A DNA stretch of 61,928 nucleotides, counting the filler, from Basidiobolus ranarum (Eukaryota): assembly GCA_040143965.1 (NCBI GenBank). It is 7 parts of 7 records of this genome, joined end to end, with 100 filler letters (N's around TTAATTAATTAA, not from the genome) between each part and the next. Parts side by side here need not be neighbours in the genome. Positions count along the whole stretch, not along the records: positions 8,884 to 17,659 come from JASJQH010000922.1; positions 17,760 to 26,524 come from JASJQH010000923.1; 5 more parts are not named here. One strand, 5' to 3'. The translations under genes were made by a program, and so were the position numbers. The number at the start of each line of letters is the position of its first letter. Within the stretch, counting starts at the first letter, position 1. The notes beneath the pieces were generated by a model, which worked only from the letters and a program-made list of their open reading frames with translations, was not told where the DNA came from and did no database searches. Below are positions 9,925-23,088 of the stretch, piece by piece.

Positions 9925-12680
9925 TGCTAAAATGAGCATTGCCTAAATACCTATAAAGCCATATATAGCTTAGTACTTTGATATAAGGTATTTCACTGAG
10001 ATATTATTCATTATTCCCATTCAGAATTCAGTCATTATACTTACCAACTTGGATGTTCTCTGATATAAAATTTTTCAAATTTATGCTAGAAGCCCCAAAC
10101 ATTGCACATATTCTCTAGGGACCTGCCTTAACACATTCTACCTATAGTATGCTTACATCTTGACAAACCTATAAATTTCAACTTTCTACTCAATAAAACA
10201 ACAAGTAGAACAGCCAATTTCATAAATGCTCCCAACCACTTCCAATAGGCTCCCAAACACTTTAACCAGTTATGAGCCTCAAGCTTGGACTCTTGGGAAT
10301 GTCTACTTTTTCAAGGTCATGAAAATTTTCCCTCTTCTGAAAAATTGGATGGAATCAATTAGCAAGTTTGGAATGCAAAAGTAGAAAAGCGGCTGAAAGA
10401 AAAATAATTTTGGCACACTGTAATTGGAGAAGAAAACAATGCAAAACTATCTGGAACCAAAGTTTTACTCCAGGTAAAAAAAGAGCAAATTGCCTTTAAC
10501 ATGATTTGTCTTGATGTTAAAGACAAATTGCTAATTCAATGTTGAAGAGCTGAAACTGCCAAGAAGATATGGGAAGCCTTGGAAGACATCAACCAAACAT
10601 GTTTTGCTGCCAACACAAAGCTTCTAAAAAAACAATTCTTTAACTTCAAGAAATAACCAGGAGATAACATCAAAGCACTGTTTAATAGAGTCACTCTTTT
10701 AGTGGATGCAATGGAATGTATTGGGGTACCTACTACTGATCAATGTATTATAGTTATACTTCTGAATGGCCTGCCATGCAGGTTTCAGAGACTAGTAATG
10801 GCTCCAGCATTTAGAACTGAAAATATGACCTTAAATTAATTATTTGGTAGACTTTTGAATGAAGATTTATGCAAGTTAGGATCCAACCCAATGAATCATG
10901 AAAATGCTTCAATTGGCTATATTAAGCCTCCCTATAATGGTCAAAAGCACTTTAAGTAGAATAACAACACCTTCTATGATTACTGTACAGAACTGGCCAT
11001 TTATGTAAAGATTGCTTTAATAGATTTGCAAAAGAAGAAAAACATACTGAATCTGGGAATGTGGTTATAGCAGAATACCACTAGTTCATATCTGCTCTAT
11101 CTATAACTACCAACAAGGATTTTCAGATGTGATAGATTGATTCTGGAGCCTCCCAGCATTTCATAAATGAAAATATTGTTTTTTTGGAGTATAGAGAAAT
11201 TGCAACTAGAAAGGTTTTCTTGGAAGATGACTGCACATTAGATGCCATTGGATTGGGAACAATACAAATAAATTTTACTGGAGCTTTTGAAGAAAAGGTG
11301 TACTTTTAAGGATGTACTACATGCTCCAGATATTGCCAAGAAATCAATAATTGTAGGCAAGGATATCTCAGAATGGCTAAAATTCAATTTCAACAAGTTA
11401 GAATGCACCATCAATGATTAAAATGAAAATTATTTAGCTTTGGCAGAAAAGCATCAGAACCTGTACAAACTTATATATGATCCAAGAGGTTTATAGATGT
11501 AGATAGGTTGTACCAAGCAAGACACTATTCAATAATGGCCTGAGAGATTTGGCCATATTGGATGTTATTATCTGAGCAAAATGATAAAACATTACCTAAT
11601 TTCTGGAATTCAAATTAACCCCCCCTGCCAACCTAGATAAATTTGTGCGGGTTGTATGCTTGTCAAACAAGCCAGGTAACCAGTTAAGAGCTCTGCTTTA
11701 ACCAAATTTCTCAAAAAATTGGATCCAATTGCTTTAGAGTGGTGTTGACCTATTCAAAGTTTATCTGTTAGCAGAAAAAGATATTTAATCATATTTATTG
11801 ATGATTATACAAGATACACTTGGTGCTACTAGATGGAAAGAAAAGAAGAAGCTCTCATTATCTTTAGAGATGATGAAACACTTTTGGAGACTGAAACTGG
11901 AACTAAAATCAGGAAAATATGTATTGATAATAGTGAAGAATATACCTCAACACTATTGAAGCACTTTGGCAAAGTTCATGGAATTAAGCAAGAGGTTGCT
12001 GCCCCTTATTCACATCCACAAAATCGAATTGCTGGAGAGGTTCACAGGACTGTAATAAAAGTTGCCTGATCTATGATAAATGCATAAAATTTATCTGATA
12101 ACTTTTGAATGGAATCTATTGCTGCAGCTGCATATTTTAAGCACAGGAGTTTAATAGAACTCTGTCTAACTCCACACCATAGCAAGTTCAGCTTGGAGTT
12201 AAACCTGATTTAAAATATTTCAGGATCTTTGGATGCATCATTTATGTCAAAATTCTGACCAAAAATTGGTCTAAATTTGATGTAAACTAAGAAATTCTTA
12301 TTTCTGTGTTATAGTACCCCATCCAAGGCCTACAGAATCTATGATACCAAAATGTATAAATTAATCAAGTCTAGGGATGTTTTGTTTAATAGTTATAAAA
12401 TATTTTCATCCAACATGATCTCAGATAATGATGTAGATCAATTTTTTCCTGATTCAATCATTCAAATTGATTCAAGCCAAACAATGAAGAAGATGGCATT
12501 CCTATTGACTATTTAACCATCAATGGCTGATGAGTACCAGGCTTTGAGTGAAAATCAAACTTGGATTTTAACCAACTTATCTGATGATACAAAATCAATT
12601 GGCTGCCAATGGGAATTTAGAGTTAAACAGAACTCTGATGGCAATAGAGTGAGATACAAGGCTACACTTATTGAAGCAAA
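9925..12680 (+). mobile_element. Degenerate Ty1/copia element: 5' LTR (about 9925-10267), PBS, gag, protease, integrase, truncated RT
   Basis: PBS-like AGTTATGAGCC at about 10268; IDSGASQH protease, KRYLIIFIDDYTRYTW and APYSHPQNRIA integrase, KSIGCQWEFRVK RT start. LTR matches the solo LTR at 32570-32919. Confidence 0.85.
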
Positions 12681-12889
12681 CATATAGTAATTAGGCTTCA
12701 CTTCATTGGAGAAATTATAGAGAAAAAGTTTTTGACCTAACTTATTGTTCTACAGACAACATTATTGCTGATATAAAAACTGAATAATTAGCTAGACAGA
12801 TATTATAGAAATTTGGACCTTCCTCAGGTTTGGTTTTAATAAATGATTATTGATGGTGATTGTTACAATTAGCATAGCTCAAGTGCCTA

Positions 12890-14560
12890 TATAGTCAGAT
12901 ATATGTTCTCTGTTGGATCTGATTGAATCACAATACAAGATTAATTTTGCTAAAAATATTTGCTCCATTAAGGTGATTCAATAGCTCATCTATCCAAGTA
13001 ATAATATATTTGCTCTTCATGGTAACTGAGTTCAGTGCTTGATAGTCAATGCATATTCTTAGGGTTCCATCTTTCTTCCTGACAAACCACACTGGTGCTC
13101 CACATAGTGACTTACCTGGTCTTATCTACCCTTGCTCCAAGAGTTAATCAATCTGCTACCTAAGTTCTTGTAGCTCCAAGGGACTAATGCAAAGGGGTGC
13201 TTTGCTCACAGATTTGCAGTCTCCTATATCACTTGCTTGGTATATTCCTCAGGCAGGTCAAAGCTCTGTCAATTCCTCTGGAAATACATCCTATTGTTCC
13301 TTCAATATTTCTGACATTGCATTTGGGATATCCTTTAACTCTTTCTCTAGCAATACAGTAATTAGAAACATATCTTTAGCTTTCCTGTCAGCTCAGCTAA
13401 ATTGACAGTTACAGGCAGATATGTCACTCTTTCAATGGGTCTTGATAAGGTTGTACTCCATTTAGGTTGGGGAAAGCCAATCAGTACTGCCTTCTTTTGT
13501 TACAGTAATCTCATCAGTTTTCCAATCAATATTTGGATTATCAAGAAATAGCCAAGTCTTTCCAAATATGTAGTCCAACATACAGCTCTCAAACAAGTAA
13601 GCTTGTATATCATAATTGTAGTCTCTTATAGTGATCTACAAGGGACTTGCAACTTCACATATGTAGTGTGTGTTTCCTTCTGCAGAAGAAACTGTGGTAG
13701 TAGGAGTAGGCTCTCTGTAGATTCCTGCTCTATTGTCAAATTAGGAGAATATGTCCTCTTCTGATGAACCTGAGTCAATCATGACTCTGGTGGTGGCTCC
13801 ATGGATAACCCTGTTGAGATATAGGAGTGGTCCTTAATTTTCAGTCTTGTTACAAAGGTATTCCACAGTCTATTGCAAAGTGACCTCACAATCTTCTTCC
13901 TGATTGCTTCCAGACTCTTCCATAGTTTCACCAAAGTTAAAGGTTTTTTACACTCCTTTACCTTTCTGTTGTGGCAATATCTAGCATAATGTCCCTTTTT
14001 TGGCATGGAAAGCACAATTGTCTTTGCTTACATTCTTCAGAAGTTTTCTCTCTGTTGATGAAAACAATCTCCATGGGAGTTCCTTACATTCGTCTCCTGG
14101 GGTATATTAGGGGCTTTCTGTTCTCAATAGCATATGGTCTTGCTTCACCATACATGGCTGTGTTATAAGAGATTGCAATCTTGATTGCTAGCTCTAAGTT
14201 TTCTGGGCCTGGTAGTTTACTTCCATATTGGATCTTCCTTTCAATCCATTGGCAAAGTGCTGCACTTGGTCTAGCTTATAGAAACTTTTGATGTGGCCCC
14301 TGAAGCCTGTCAATTGTTAGATATATTCCTGCCTAGTTTTTCTTGCCTCAACTGAGTTAATTCTCTTTTAAGCCATTACTGCTGATAAGGTTATTCAAAG
14401 CCATCCTGAATCTCTTGGATAAACAGTTCCCATGTAGTGATTGGTGGTAGTTTGCATGTAGCTGCTGCTCTAGCTCTGTTGGGAAACCACTGAAGGGCTG
14501 CATTTTTTAGATTGCTAGGCTGCATAGTATAGCTTGCTGGCATGCCATTGTAAGATTACT
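12890..14560 (-). mobile_element. Degenerate Ty3/gypsy gag-protease-RT N-terminus (proximal part of the split element)
   Basis: Zinc knuckle CFPCQKKGHYARYC, protease [33 protein letters not shown]. Confidence 0.85.
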
Positions 14561-14799
14561 GCTTGACCTACTATGACTGACTACTAGTACATTATATCAA
14601 AGCTGACTAATCCTTATGGTTACCTGGATAACTATTACTGACGGTACCAATGATACTGATACACAGATAGTACTGTTGTACTGCTAACACTAAATGCAAC
14701 TCAACTTAACTAATACTTGAGCTGCTAAGATTTAGCAATTTGTATTAATATAATTCTTCCCAAATATATCTTGCAGCAGCTTGTAATGCAATTGATTAC

Positions 14800-15960
14800 T
14801 GCCACCAAGTAGAGCTTGCTAAGGGAAAGATCCAACTGATCAGCTGCAGTAAACAATGATACTTATTCAAATAACCAAGTACATGTTCTTGTCATCATGA
14901 CCAGGCTTGTGACAATAACAAAATAGGTTTTCAATCTTCTTGTTGGAGCTCTTTGAATTAACACAATGTTTATTTGAATATCAAGCTCTCTGCTCTCAAT
15001 TGAGTTACATCTTTGTATGGTTCTTTCTTGTGATAGAGTGACTTGGTGATTATACAGAATTCAGTAAGTAGCACTTTTTCAATTTTCTCCATTCTTTATG
15101 ATAATAGTAGTGAGGCTTGTTAATATACATTCAAGCAACATACAAATAAAGTCAACTATTTTGATGATATTTCCTATGTTGTCAGCTTTGGACAAAAGCT
15201 TTCTGCATGTTGATAGTCTTGGTAAATGTATCTGAGTTGTCCATTTTTGGGAACCCTACAGTTGTCCTATGTGAAACAAGCAGCTTTGTAGTATTAGTTA
15301 CTGGACAAAGAGTTTTCCAGGTCTGCCAGACCTCATGAGGTTGCTCTACATGCTGCACAAATATCAATTGAGCATCATTCAGAATTGGCAAATTAGCTGA
15401 AGGGCCTTTCTCTTGCTTTCTTCTGGAGTGAGCTAGCTCCTGTGGCTTACAGCCATCTGATTAAGCTCCAACACCAGTGGCAATATGCCAAATATTTTTC
15501 CCAGTGAGCAATGTCTTCAATCTATTGCCCCTATGTGTAAGGTCTTCCCCATTAAAGCAGCCAAAGTTGCTCACACCAGTGTCTGTCTTCAGAGAGATCT
15601 ATGGGGCATATAACTTGATGGCAGATGGCAGATTCCTACTGATATAGCAGTTGCGGTGTATTTCTCCAGCATTTAGCTTCTGTACAGTTGTTGTCATTGA
15701 GCTGCCTATAGATTGAAGATAAACTCAACATGTTCAAGGAGTGGAAGGCTAAAGTGCCACATATAACAAAGCAATATGTAGTGGCTTTGCTTATTCAATC
15801 TCTGATCATTTACAACACAGTTTGAGCATTCATGAAGAACCTTTGCTGCTCTAATTAACTCAAAAGCTAGGTCACTGTCACTATTTGATTCACAATAGTA
15901 CAATACCTGTTAACTATCAGTAAAGTAAATCAGAAGTCAAAATCACCAGTATCTACAACA
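14800..15960 (-). mobile_element. Copia gag remnant with PBS-like site and probable LTR
   Basis: ILNDAQLIFVQHVEQPHEVWQTWK (UBN2-type gag), knuckle CYCHKPGH, PBS-like AGTTATATGCCCC on the minus strand at about 15603-15615. Confidence 0.6.
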
Positions 15961-15974
15961 TGGCAGGTAGATAA

Positions 15975-17545
15975 TGTAAAAATTAGGTAAATGGCAACTC
16001 ATTATTTAGTAGTTGGTTCATTCATATTCTGATGATTTAGTACTCAGTTCTGTCATTCACAAATATGTGTATATTGCTCTAATTGATAGAAATATCAATC
16101 AGGTCACTTTTACCAATTTTCACTATTTTCTCAAATCTTCTCCAATTCACCTCAAATTGTCACCCAAGCTTAACAAGCATGTTTTTTATGATCTAAGCAT
16201 GTCCAATAGTCTTACTTCATAGCAAACTATAAATAGGACATGTTCAATTTAGTAAAACCTTGGTGTTTAATTCACAAATCCAAATCTTGTGCAAAACACT
16301 TCTGAATCCCCTAAACACTTATTTCAGGTTATGAGCCCCAAGCTAGCTGATAAAGGAATGTCTACCAGTACTATTATCAAAATTTTTGCATTTGCAGAGA
16401 AGGTTGATAGTAAAGACTTTTATCTTTGGAAGTTCAAAATGCAAATTGTGCTTGAAGATAAGGATCTTTGGGGATTTGTTACCAGAGAAGAAATAGTGCC
16501 AAAGGGACAACTGAAAGCTTCTCTTGCCTTTCACAAGAATTAGAAGAATGTACTCGGTACACTTTGTCTACATCTCAGAAACTCTCAATTAAGGCACATA
16601 CAATCAGCCAAAAATGTCCAAAATGTTTGGGAAATACTTGAGGGACTATATGAGACTAAAAGTCTGGCTAATAGGCTATGTACAAAGAAAATATTCTCAA
16701 TTCAGATGAATTCTGATGATTTAATGCTTATTAATATAAATCAGATAAAAAATATGGCAGATCAGCTCTCATCCATTGGAGCTTCTCTAAATGAAGATAA
16801 CTTAGTCATGACACTACTTAGGAGCCTGCCAGACAGGTTTGGAAGCCTCACAATTGAGCTAGAATCAAGATCAGAGCCATTAACAAAGGAATATGCTGGT
16901 GCTAGGCGTATGAATGAGGAATTAAGGAGATCTAAATCTCAGCAAAACAGTGCAAAACAGGATTTTTTTGGAGCTGTAAAACATCCAACAGGATTCAATA
17001 GTGGTGCCCCTAGTAGGACATCAATCATATGCTAGTATTGCCAGAAACCAGGCCAATTAATTGGATATTGCAGAAAAAGGATTTTTGCCAATAAGCTAAA
17101 ATCAGAACCGGCAAATCAAGTAAGCACTGATAGGAATCATCTATTTGTGTCTGCCCTACCACTAAGCATTAAAGAAGACTTACAAATGTGGTACATTGAT
17201 GCATAAGTGTCCTAGCTATGTCAAACAAGAAAGATTGATTTTCCAGCTTGAAACCAATCCGAACAAGAAATGTCTACTTAGGCAGTGACTATGCACTAGA
17301 TGCAGTTGGTAAGGGCACAGTTGTGCTCAATTTAGATCATAATTCAGCTATATCATCTGCAAAATTGGATGATGCACTCTATGTTCCAGATATAGCCTAG
17401 AATCATTTCTCAGTAAGCCAAGCAACAGCTCAAGGACTCAATTTTGAGTTTAGCAAGTCTGGATGTACTCTCTCAGATCTGAATAATACCAAATTAGCTA
17501 ATGGGATCAAAACTCAAAACTTATACAAGCCAGAAATCACTAAAT
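15975..17545 (+). mobile_element. Degenerate Ty1/copia 5' part: LTR 15975-16326, PBS, gag, protease
   Basis: TG...TTTCA LTR followed by GGTTATGAGCCC (16327-16338); FYLWKFKMQIVLEDKDLWGFV, LVMTLLRSLP, CxxCxxxG knuckle, WYIDA. Same family as the elements in contig 3. Confidence 0.87.
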
Positions 17546-17659
17546 TACATCTGCGCTTTAATAGATACCCATTCCTTCTAAACCTGCAACCTGACTATAG
17601 TTTCGAAATTTTAGGAAAAAAAATCTCCGCCAAAGTCGAATTTAGCATCGAAAAAGGTG

Positions 17660-17759
17660 NNNNNNNNNNNNNNNNNNNNNNNNNNNNNNNNNNNNNNNNN
17701 NNNTTAATTAATTAANNNNNNNNNNNNNNNNNNNNNNNNNNNNNNNNNNNNNNNNNNNN
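17660..17759. other. Artificial contig linker
   Basis: N44-TTAATTAATTAA-N44. Confidence 0.97.
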
Positions 17760-19120
17760 ATACTGATACTTTCACCCTGAGCATGATTTCAGCGCAGGTG
17801 TGCTCCATTGGGAACTCCCAGAGTGTATAGCAAGGGCCTATAATCTCTAAGCATTGTGACGGATGCAGCTGGGAATGTATTGAATACCGGCATAGATTCA
17901 GTCTATTTTCTTTAAACCTGTAATAAAGTTTTTAATAGCATATACAAAATCTTGCTATACATGCCATGACAAGCAATAACAAAGCAACGTGGCAATTAAT
18001 GCAGCATTCTGTAACAACATGAGCTAATTGTGGAAAAACAAAGCACTAGGTGCTACTCAGTAGGTTCTTGACTGATACCATGTTGTGAATCCTGGGTTTT
18101 TGCAAGCCACAGGGAATTGGACTAGTAAAGGCCTTATCATGAAACATCTCAAAAATGTGCATAATTACTAATTTGGAGAAGAAAGAAATGTAGTTACAGC
18201 TATACTCAAGGTGTAGGAAGTGTTAGTGTACACAGTTGACAAGCCATAGTATATTTTCCAAAAGGCTAGATTTTACTATATAAGCAAGCTGCAGTGCACC
18301 AATGATATCAGAAGAAATGTAATTGAATTGGCATTCAGTCTGGTGTTGAATGTGCAAATATATGTGAGAAATTTAATCTAGAGTGTCATAATATTGCAGG
18401 CTATCAGTATGCCAGAGGAATGTTGATATAGCAATGTTGGGCTCTGATGAAGATATTGCTGCAAACTCAGGATGGATATGAGGTTAACCTGGGGTATTAC
18501 GTACTTTAAACAGTATTCAGAAGAATAAATTACAGAGTCAGGGACTTCAAAGTTCAAATTAGCTTGAAAGTGGCTATTGTATAAAATGTGGGTAATATTT
18601 TTCCCACATATGTTGACTATTGTTTCATGATATTGAAGCCTATCATTTGCAATTGAATGTGAGGTCTTCAAGTTTCACTGTTGAAACTGAATAAATAGAT
18701 TAAAATCAAATCCAACTTGACAAGTTTATGATGATATGCAGATTGTCAACACCTAATGGATTAAAATTGTGATGGTTTTCTTGAAATGACCATTGTGAAA
18801 CTTTGTTTAGGATTTAATCAATTTTGTAAGCTTCTAACTGTTAGAAATTGTGAATGGATTGAGTGAATTCAAACTAATACAGTGGCTCTATTTTTTATTG
18901 ACAGACACTTTTGTTTATTTGTAGTCAAAATGTTTGAATTAAAAGAACTTCATTCCTTTGTTCAACATACAACTATTTTATGCTATTACTGTTTCCTGAG
19001 GTAATAAGTGATCATAATCAAACCAAAGCCATTGACGGCATAATTAATTGCAATCAATTTCATTTACATATGGTATGCTAAGTGGAAAATATTGGATAAT
19101 TCAAACAGTACGTATAATAA
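17760..19120 (+). mobile_element. Highly decayed CpG-poor repeat, possibly a hAT transposase remnant
   Basis: SIVTDAAGNV at about 17850 resembles the hAT 'VTDNAANM' motif; STRCYS resembles 'TRWxS'; no intact ORF. Confidence 0.3.
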
Positions 19121-19134
19121 GCAACCACAGAGAA

Positions 19135-22100
19135 TCTCATGACTTTCACTTTTGGAAATTCGAGATACAAATGGTGCTAGAGGAAAAGGACCTTTCAGGA
19201 TTTCTTACAGGAGAAGAAATGAAGCCAAAGGGGCCATTAGCTGCTATCTATGCCTTTGACAAGAAGCAGCAGCAAGCACTCTCTATATGTTGTCTACATC
19301 TCAGAGACTCTCAATTGAGGCACATATACTGAGACAACAATTTCTAAAAGCTTGGGAAACACTTGAGGGACTATACATGCCTAAAAGTCAGGCTAATAGT
19401 CTATATCTTAGATAAAAATCATTCTCAATTTCAATGAATTTTGAGGATTCTATGGCTAATCATAAGTAATAAATAAAGATCATGGCAGTTAAGTCCACTC
19501 CACCAGTGCACCTCTAAATGAAGATGACTTAGTAAAGACACTACTTGGGGGCCTGCCATATGAGTTTGTAAACCTCATAATGGCCCTAGAATCAAGATTG
19601 TAGCCATTAACAAAGGAATATGTTGGTGTTAGGCTTTTGCAAGAGGAATTAAGGACATCTAATTTTCAGCAAAATAATGCATTTGAGGCATTCTTTAGAG
19701 CTGTAAAATTTCTGACAGACTTGAATAATGGGGCTGTTAGTAGGAAGTCAATCATCTACCAATATTGCAAGAAACCAGGCTGTTTAATCAAAGATTGCAG
19801 AACAAGAATTTTTTGCCAAAAGCTAAAATTGGAACAGGAAATCAAGTAAGCATGTATAGGCATCATCTTGTTATGTTTGCCCTGTCAGTAACAGCCAGGG
19901 AAGACTCAGAAAAATGGTATATTGATTCAGAAGCTTCCCAGTATATGTCAATCAAGATAGATGGGATCTCCAGCTTAAAACTCATTCAAAAGAGGAAAGT
20001 CTACTTTAGTGATGACTATGCATTAGATGCAGTTGTTAGGGGCACAGTTGTGTTCAGTTTCGACCAAAATACAGCTATAACTTAGAAAAAATAGGATGAT
20101 GTACTCTTTGTACCAAATATTGGCAAGAATCTACTGTCACTAAGCTAAGCAGCAGCTCAAGAACTAAATTTTATGTTCAGCAAGGCAGGATTCACTATCA
20201 CAGATCAGAACAATATGAAATTAGCTAATGGGATCAACACTCAAAACTTACACAAGCTAGAAGTCAGCAAATTGCATCCTGAGGCTGCAAGAGTAGCCAA
20301 GCCCAGTTAAATATGCTACCAGATGTGGCAGAGAAAAATAGACCATATTGGGCAACATAAATTGACCCAAATGATCCAAAATCAGCTTGTTTCTAACTTA
20401 GAAATTGAAAATATCACCAAATTAGATTGGTGGGAAGGTTGCATATATGCAAAACATGACTAACAATGATTTTCAAGCTCTGGAGAGCTTAAATCCATGC
20501 AGAAGATTGCCCTGACTTATTTCAACCTATATGAGCACGTGCAAAATGTCTCACTAGGTGGCAAAGGTGCTTCATGATCTCTGTTGAAGATAAAACCAAA
20601 TAAACTTGGGTTTTTTTTCTCAAATCAAAACCTGAGGCCTTAACTACACCTAAGCACAATAAAGCATGGGTAGAGAAAGAATCAACACAAAAATAAGGGT
20701 ACTAAGAAGTAAAAAGGTTGAAAACATTGCTTTAAAGATTTTGCTAGTTTTTGTTCTAAGCATGTAATTAAGCAACTAACTACTGTACCTTATACTCCAC
20801 AGCACAGTGGAGTTGCAGATTATGCTAATAGAAATGTAGTGGAGACAGCAAGATCAATGTTGCATGATCAAAAGTTAGATTACCAATATTGGGCTTAATC
20901 TGTCTGCACTGTAGTATCTGTCAAAAACAGATACCCAACAAGGTTATTACAAAATTCTACATGATTTGAAGCCCAAAATGAATCAGAATCAAGTATTGGT
21001 CATCTATGGATCTTAGGTTGCACCATATTTTGCCACATTCCAGCTCAAAAATTTTCTAAGTTGGAACTCAAAAGCAGTAAATGCATACTTCTTGGTAACT
21101 GCAATAAATCTAAGGCCTACAGATTGTTTGATTCCTAAAATCAGAAGTTAAATAAGTGCAGATAAGAAATTTAGGATGAAAAAACCTTTTTCACCTCAAA
21201 TTACAGCTCTTGGCCCAGTAGGCACCATTCAGGAAGTGTCTGCCATGATTACAGCTGAATTTGCGCCCTATTCAACCAAATATTACGCCCCAATCACATA
21301 AAAGGATGATTTAGGGTCTACAAGGTTCTCCACAAGGAGGAATAAGCCAGGGATCTGGTTGAACACTTCCAACAATGATGTTTATGCTTATGCAGCTTTC
21401 TGTGACAAGCCATAGACTGTAGATCAAGCTCTGAAGTATACAGAATCAAACTTATGGGAAAGAGCATAGACTGATGATCTTTCTTCACCTCAGGACAATG
21501 ATACATTGGTTTTAAGTCCTCTACCATCAGGAGTTTAGCCAACAGGTTGCAAATGGGTCTACAAATTCAATGAACAAGCTGATTGAACTATAGGAAGGTA
21601 CAAAGCAAGATTAGTTTTGAAAGGTTATTCCCATAATCCAGGAGTTGATTTTAATGACACATTTACTCCAATAGCAAAGTTCAGATTCATTCAGTCATTT
21701 TGGCACTCTCAGCCATCCATAACCTTAATTTACATTAAACAGATGTAAAAACATCCTTTCTAAATGGAAATCCTGAAGAAGAGATCTATATAGAGCAACC
21801 ATATGGACTAGTGGCCCCAAAACACCCTGATATGGTTAGAGAACTGCTAGAATTATTATAATGACTCTAGCAAGCATGCAGGACATAGTACAACATGAAT
21901 GATACCTTTTTGGAATCACTGCGATTCCAATAATGAACAGCAGATCACTGTATTTGTATTAATAAAGCTGGAAAGTGGATCCTTATCTTGGCACTATATG
22001 TGGAGGACTTGATTATATGCACAAATGATCTGAAAGCACCAAGTTACAGAAAAAGCTGCTTTTCAAAGCAATTTCAGATGCTTTATGTGGGTGAATTAAG

Positions 22101-23088
22101 TTGTTTCCTTGGTATCTCACACAAGAGAGATAAACCCAATCCAAACATCATGCTGAAAGCATTTAGATACTTCTTAGACATCCTAGAATGCCTCTGCATG
22201 GAGAATAGCAAGCCTCTATTGACACCAATAGATATAGTGTGAAATTAATGAACATTTCATTTAATTTGGCCTAATATAACTAAAATTAAAGCCAGGAGTT
22301 TCCATACTAGTCCATGGTAGGTAGTTTTATGTATACAATAGCTGAAACAGATCCAGATATTCCTGTAGCCACCGTAACTGTCTTCCAATAACTCAACCAT
22401 TCAGGATCTGAGCACAAAATAGCAGCAAAGCATATATTTGGGTGTTTGTGAGGAACTGTAGATCTAGTTTTGGAATACTTTGGCACTACTACTGCATGAA
22501 ATTTTGAAAGCAACAATAATGCAGATTGGGGAAGAAACCTTGATCATAGAAGATCAACAACTGGGTGTACTTTTCTCTACAGTATTGGAGTCATAACTTG
22601 AAATAGCAAGAAGCAAACAACTATAGCACTTTCTACTATAGAAGTAGAGTATGTGGTTGCCTAAGCTACAATGTAAGAAGCTATGGTTTAAGGAGATTAT
22701 TTACTGCCTTTGCAAACATGCAAAAAAGCTCTATTGCTGTATTTTAAGATATTCAAAGTTGTATTTCATTAGCTTAAAACACTGCTTTTCAAGCTAGAGC
22801 AAAACTTACACATATTAGGCATCATTTTGTTAGAGAAGCAACAGAGAATGAGATGGTTCAACCTGTCTATAAACCTACTCAAGAAATGATTGCCAACATT
22901 GTGACTAAATCTTTAGCTGAAGCATAATTTGAATTATTAATTGATATGTTAGGTTTGAAAGAAATGCAAAACAATTAGTTGAGTAGAAATGTTGAAATTA
23001 AGTAAATAGCAACTCATTATTTAATAGTTGGTGCACTCACATTGTGATAATTTAAAACTCAACTCTGCCATATGAAAACATGTGTTTA
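19135..23088 (+). mobile_element. Near-complete dead Ty1/copia element lacking the 5' LTR; 3' LTR starts at 22990 and is interrupted
   Basis: gag FWKFEIQMVLEEKDL, WYIDSEASQYM, TVPYTPQHSGVA, GCKWVYK, DVKTSFLNG, LALYVEDL (YVDD), NADWG RNase H; purine tract then TGTTGAAATT. Confidence 0.9.
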
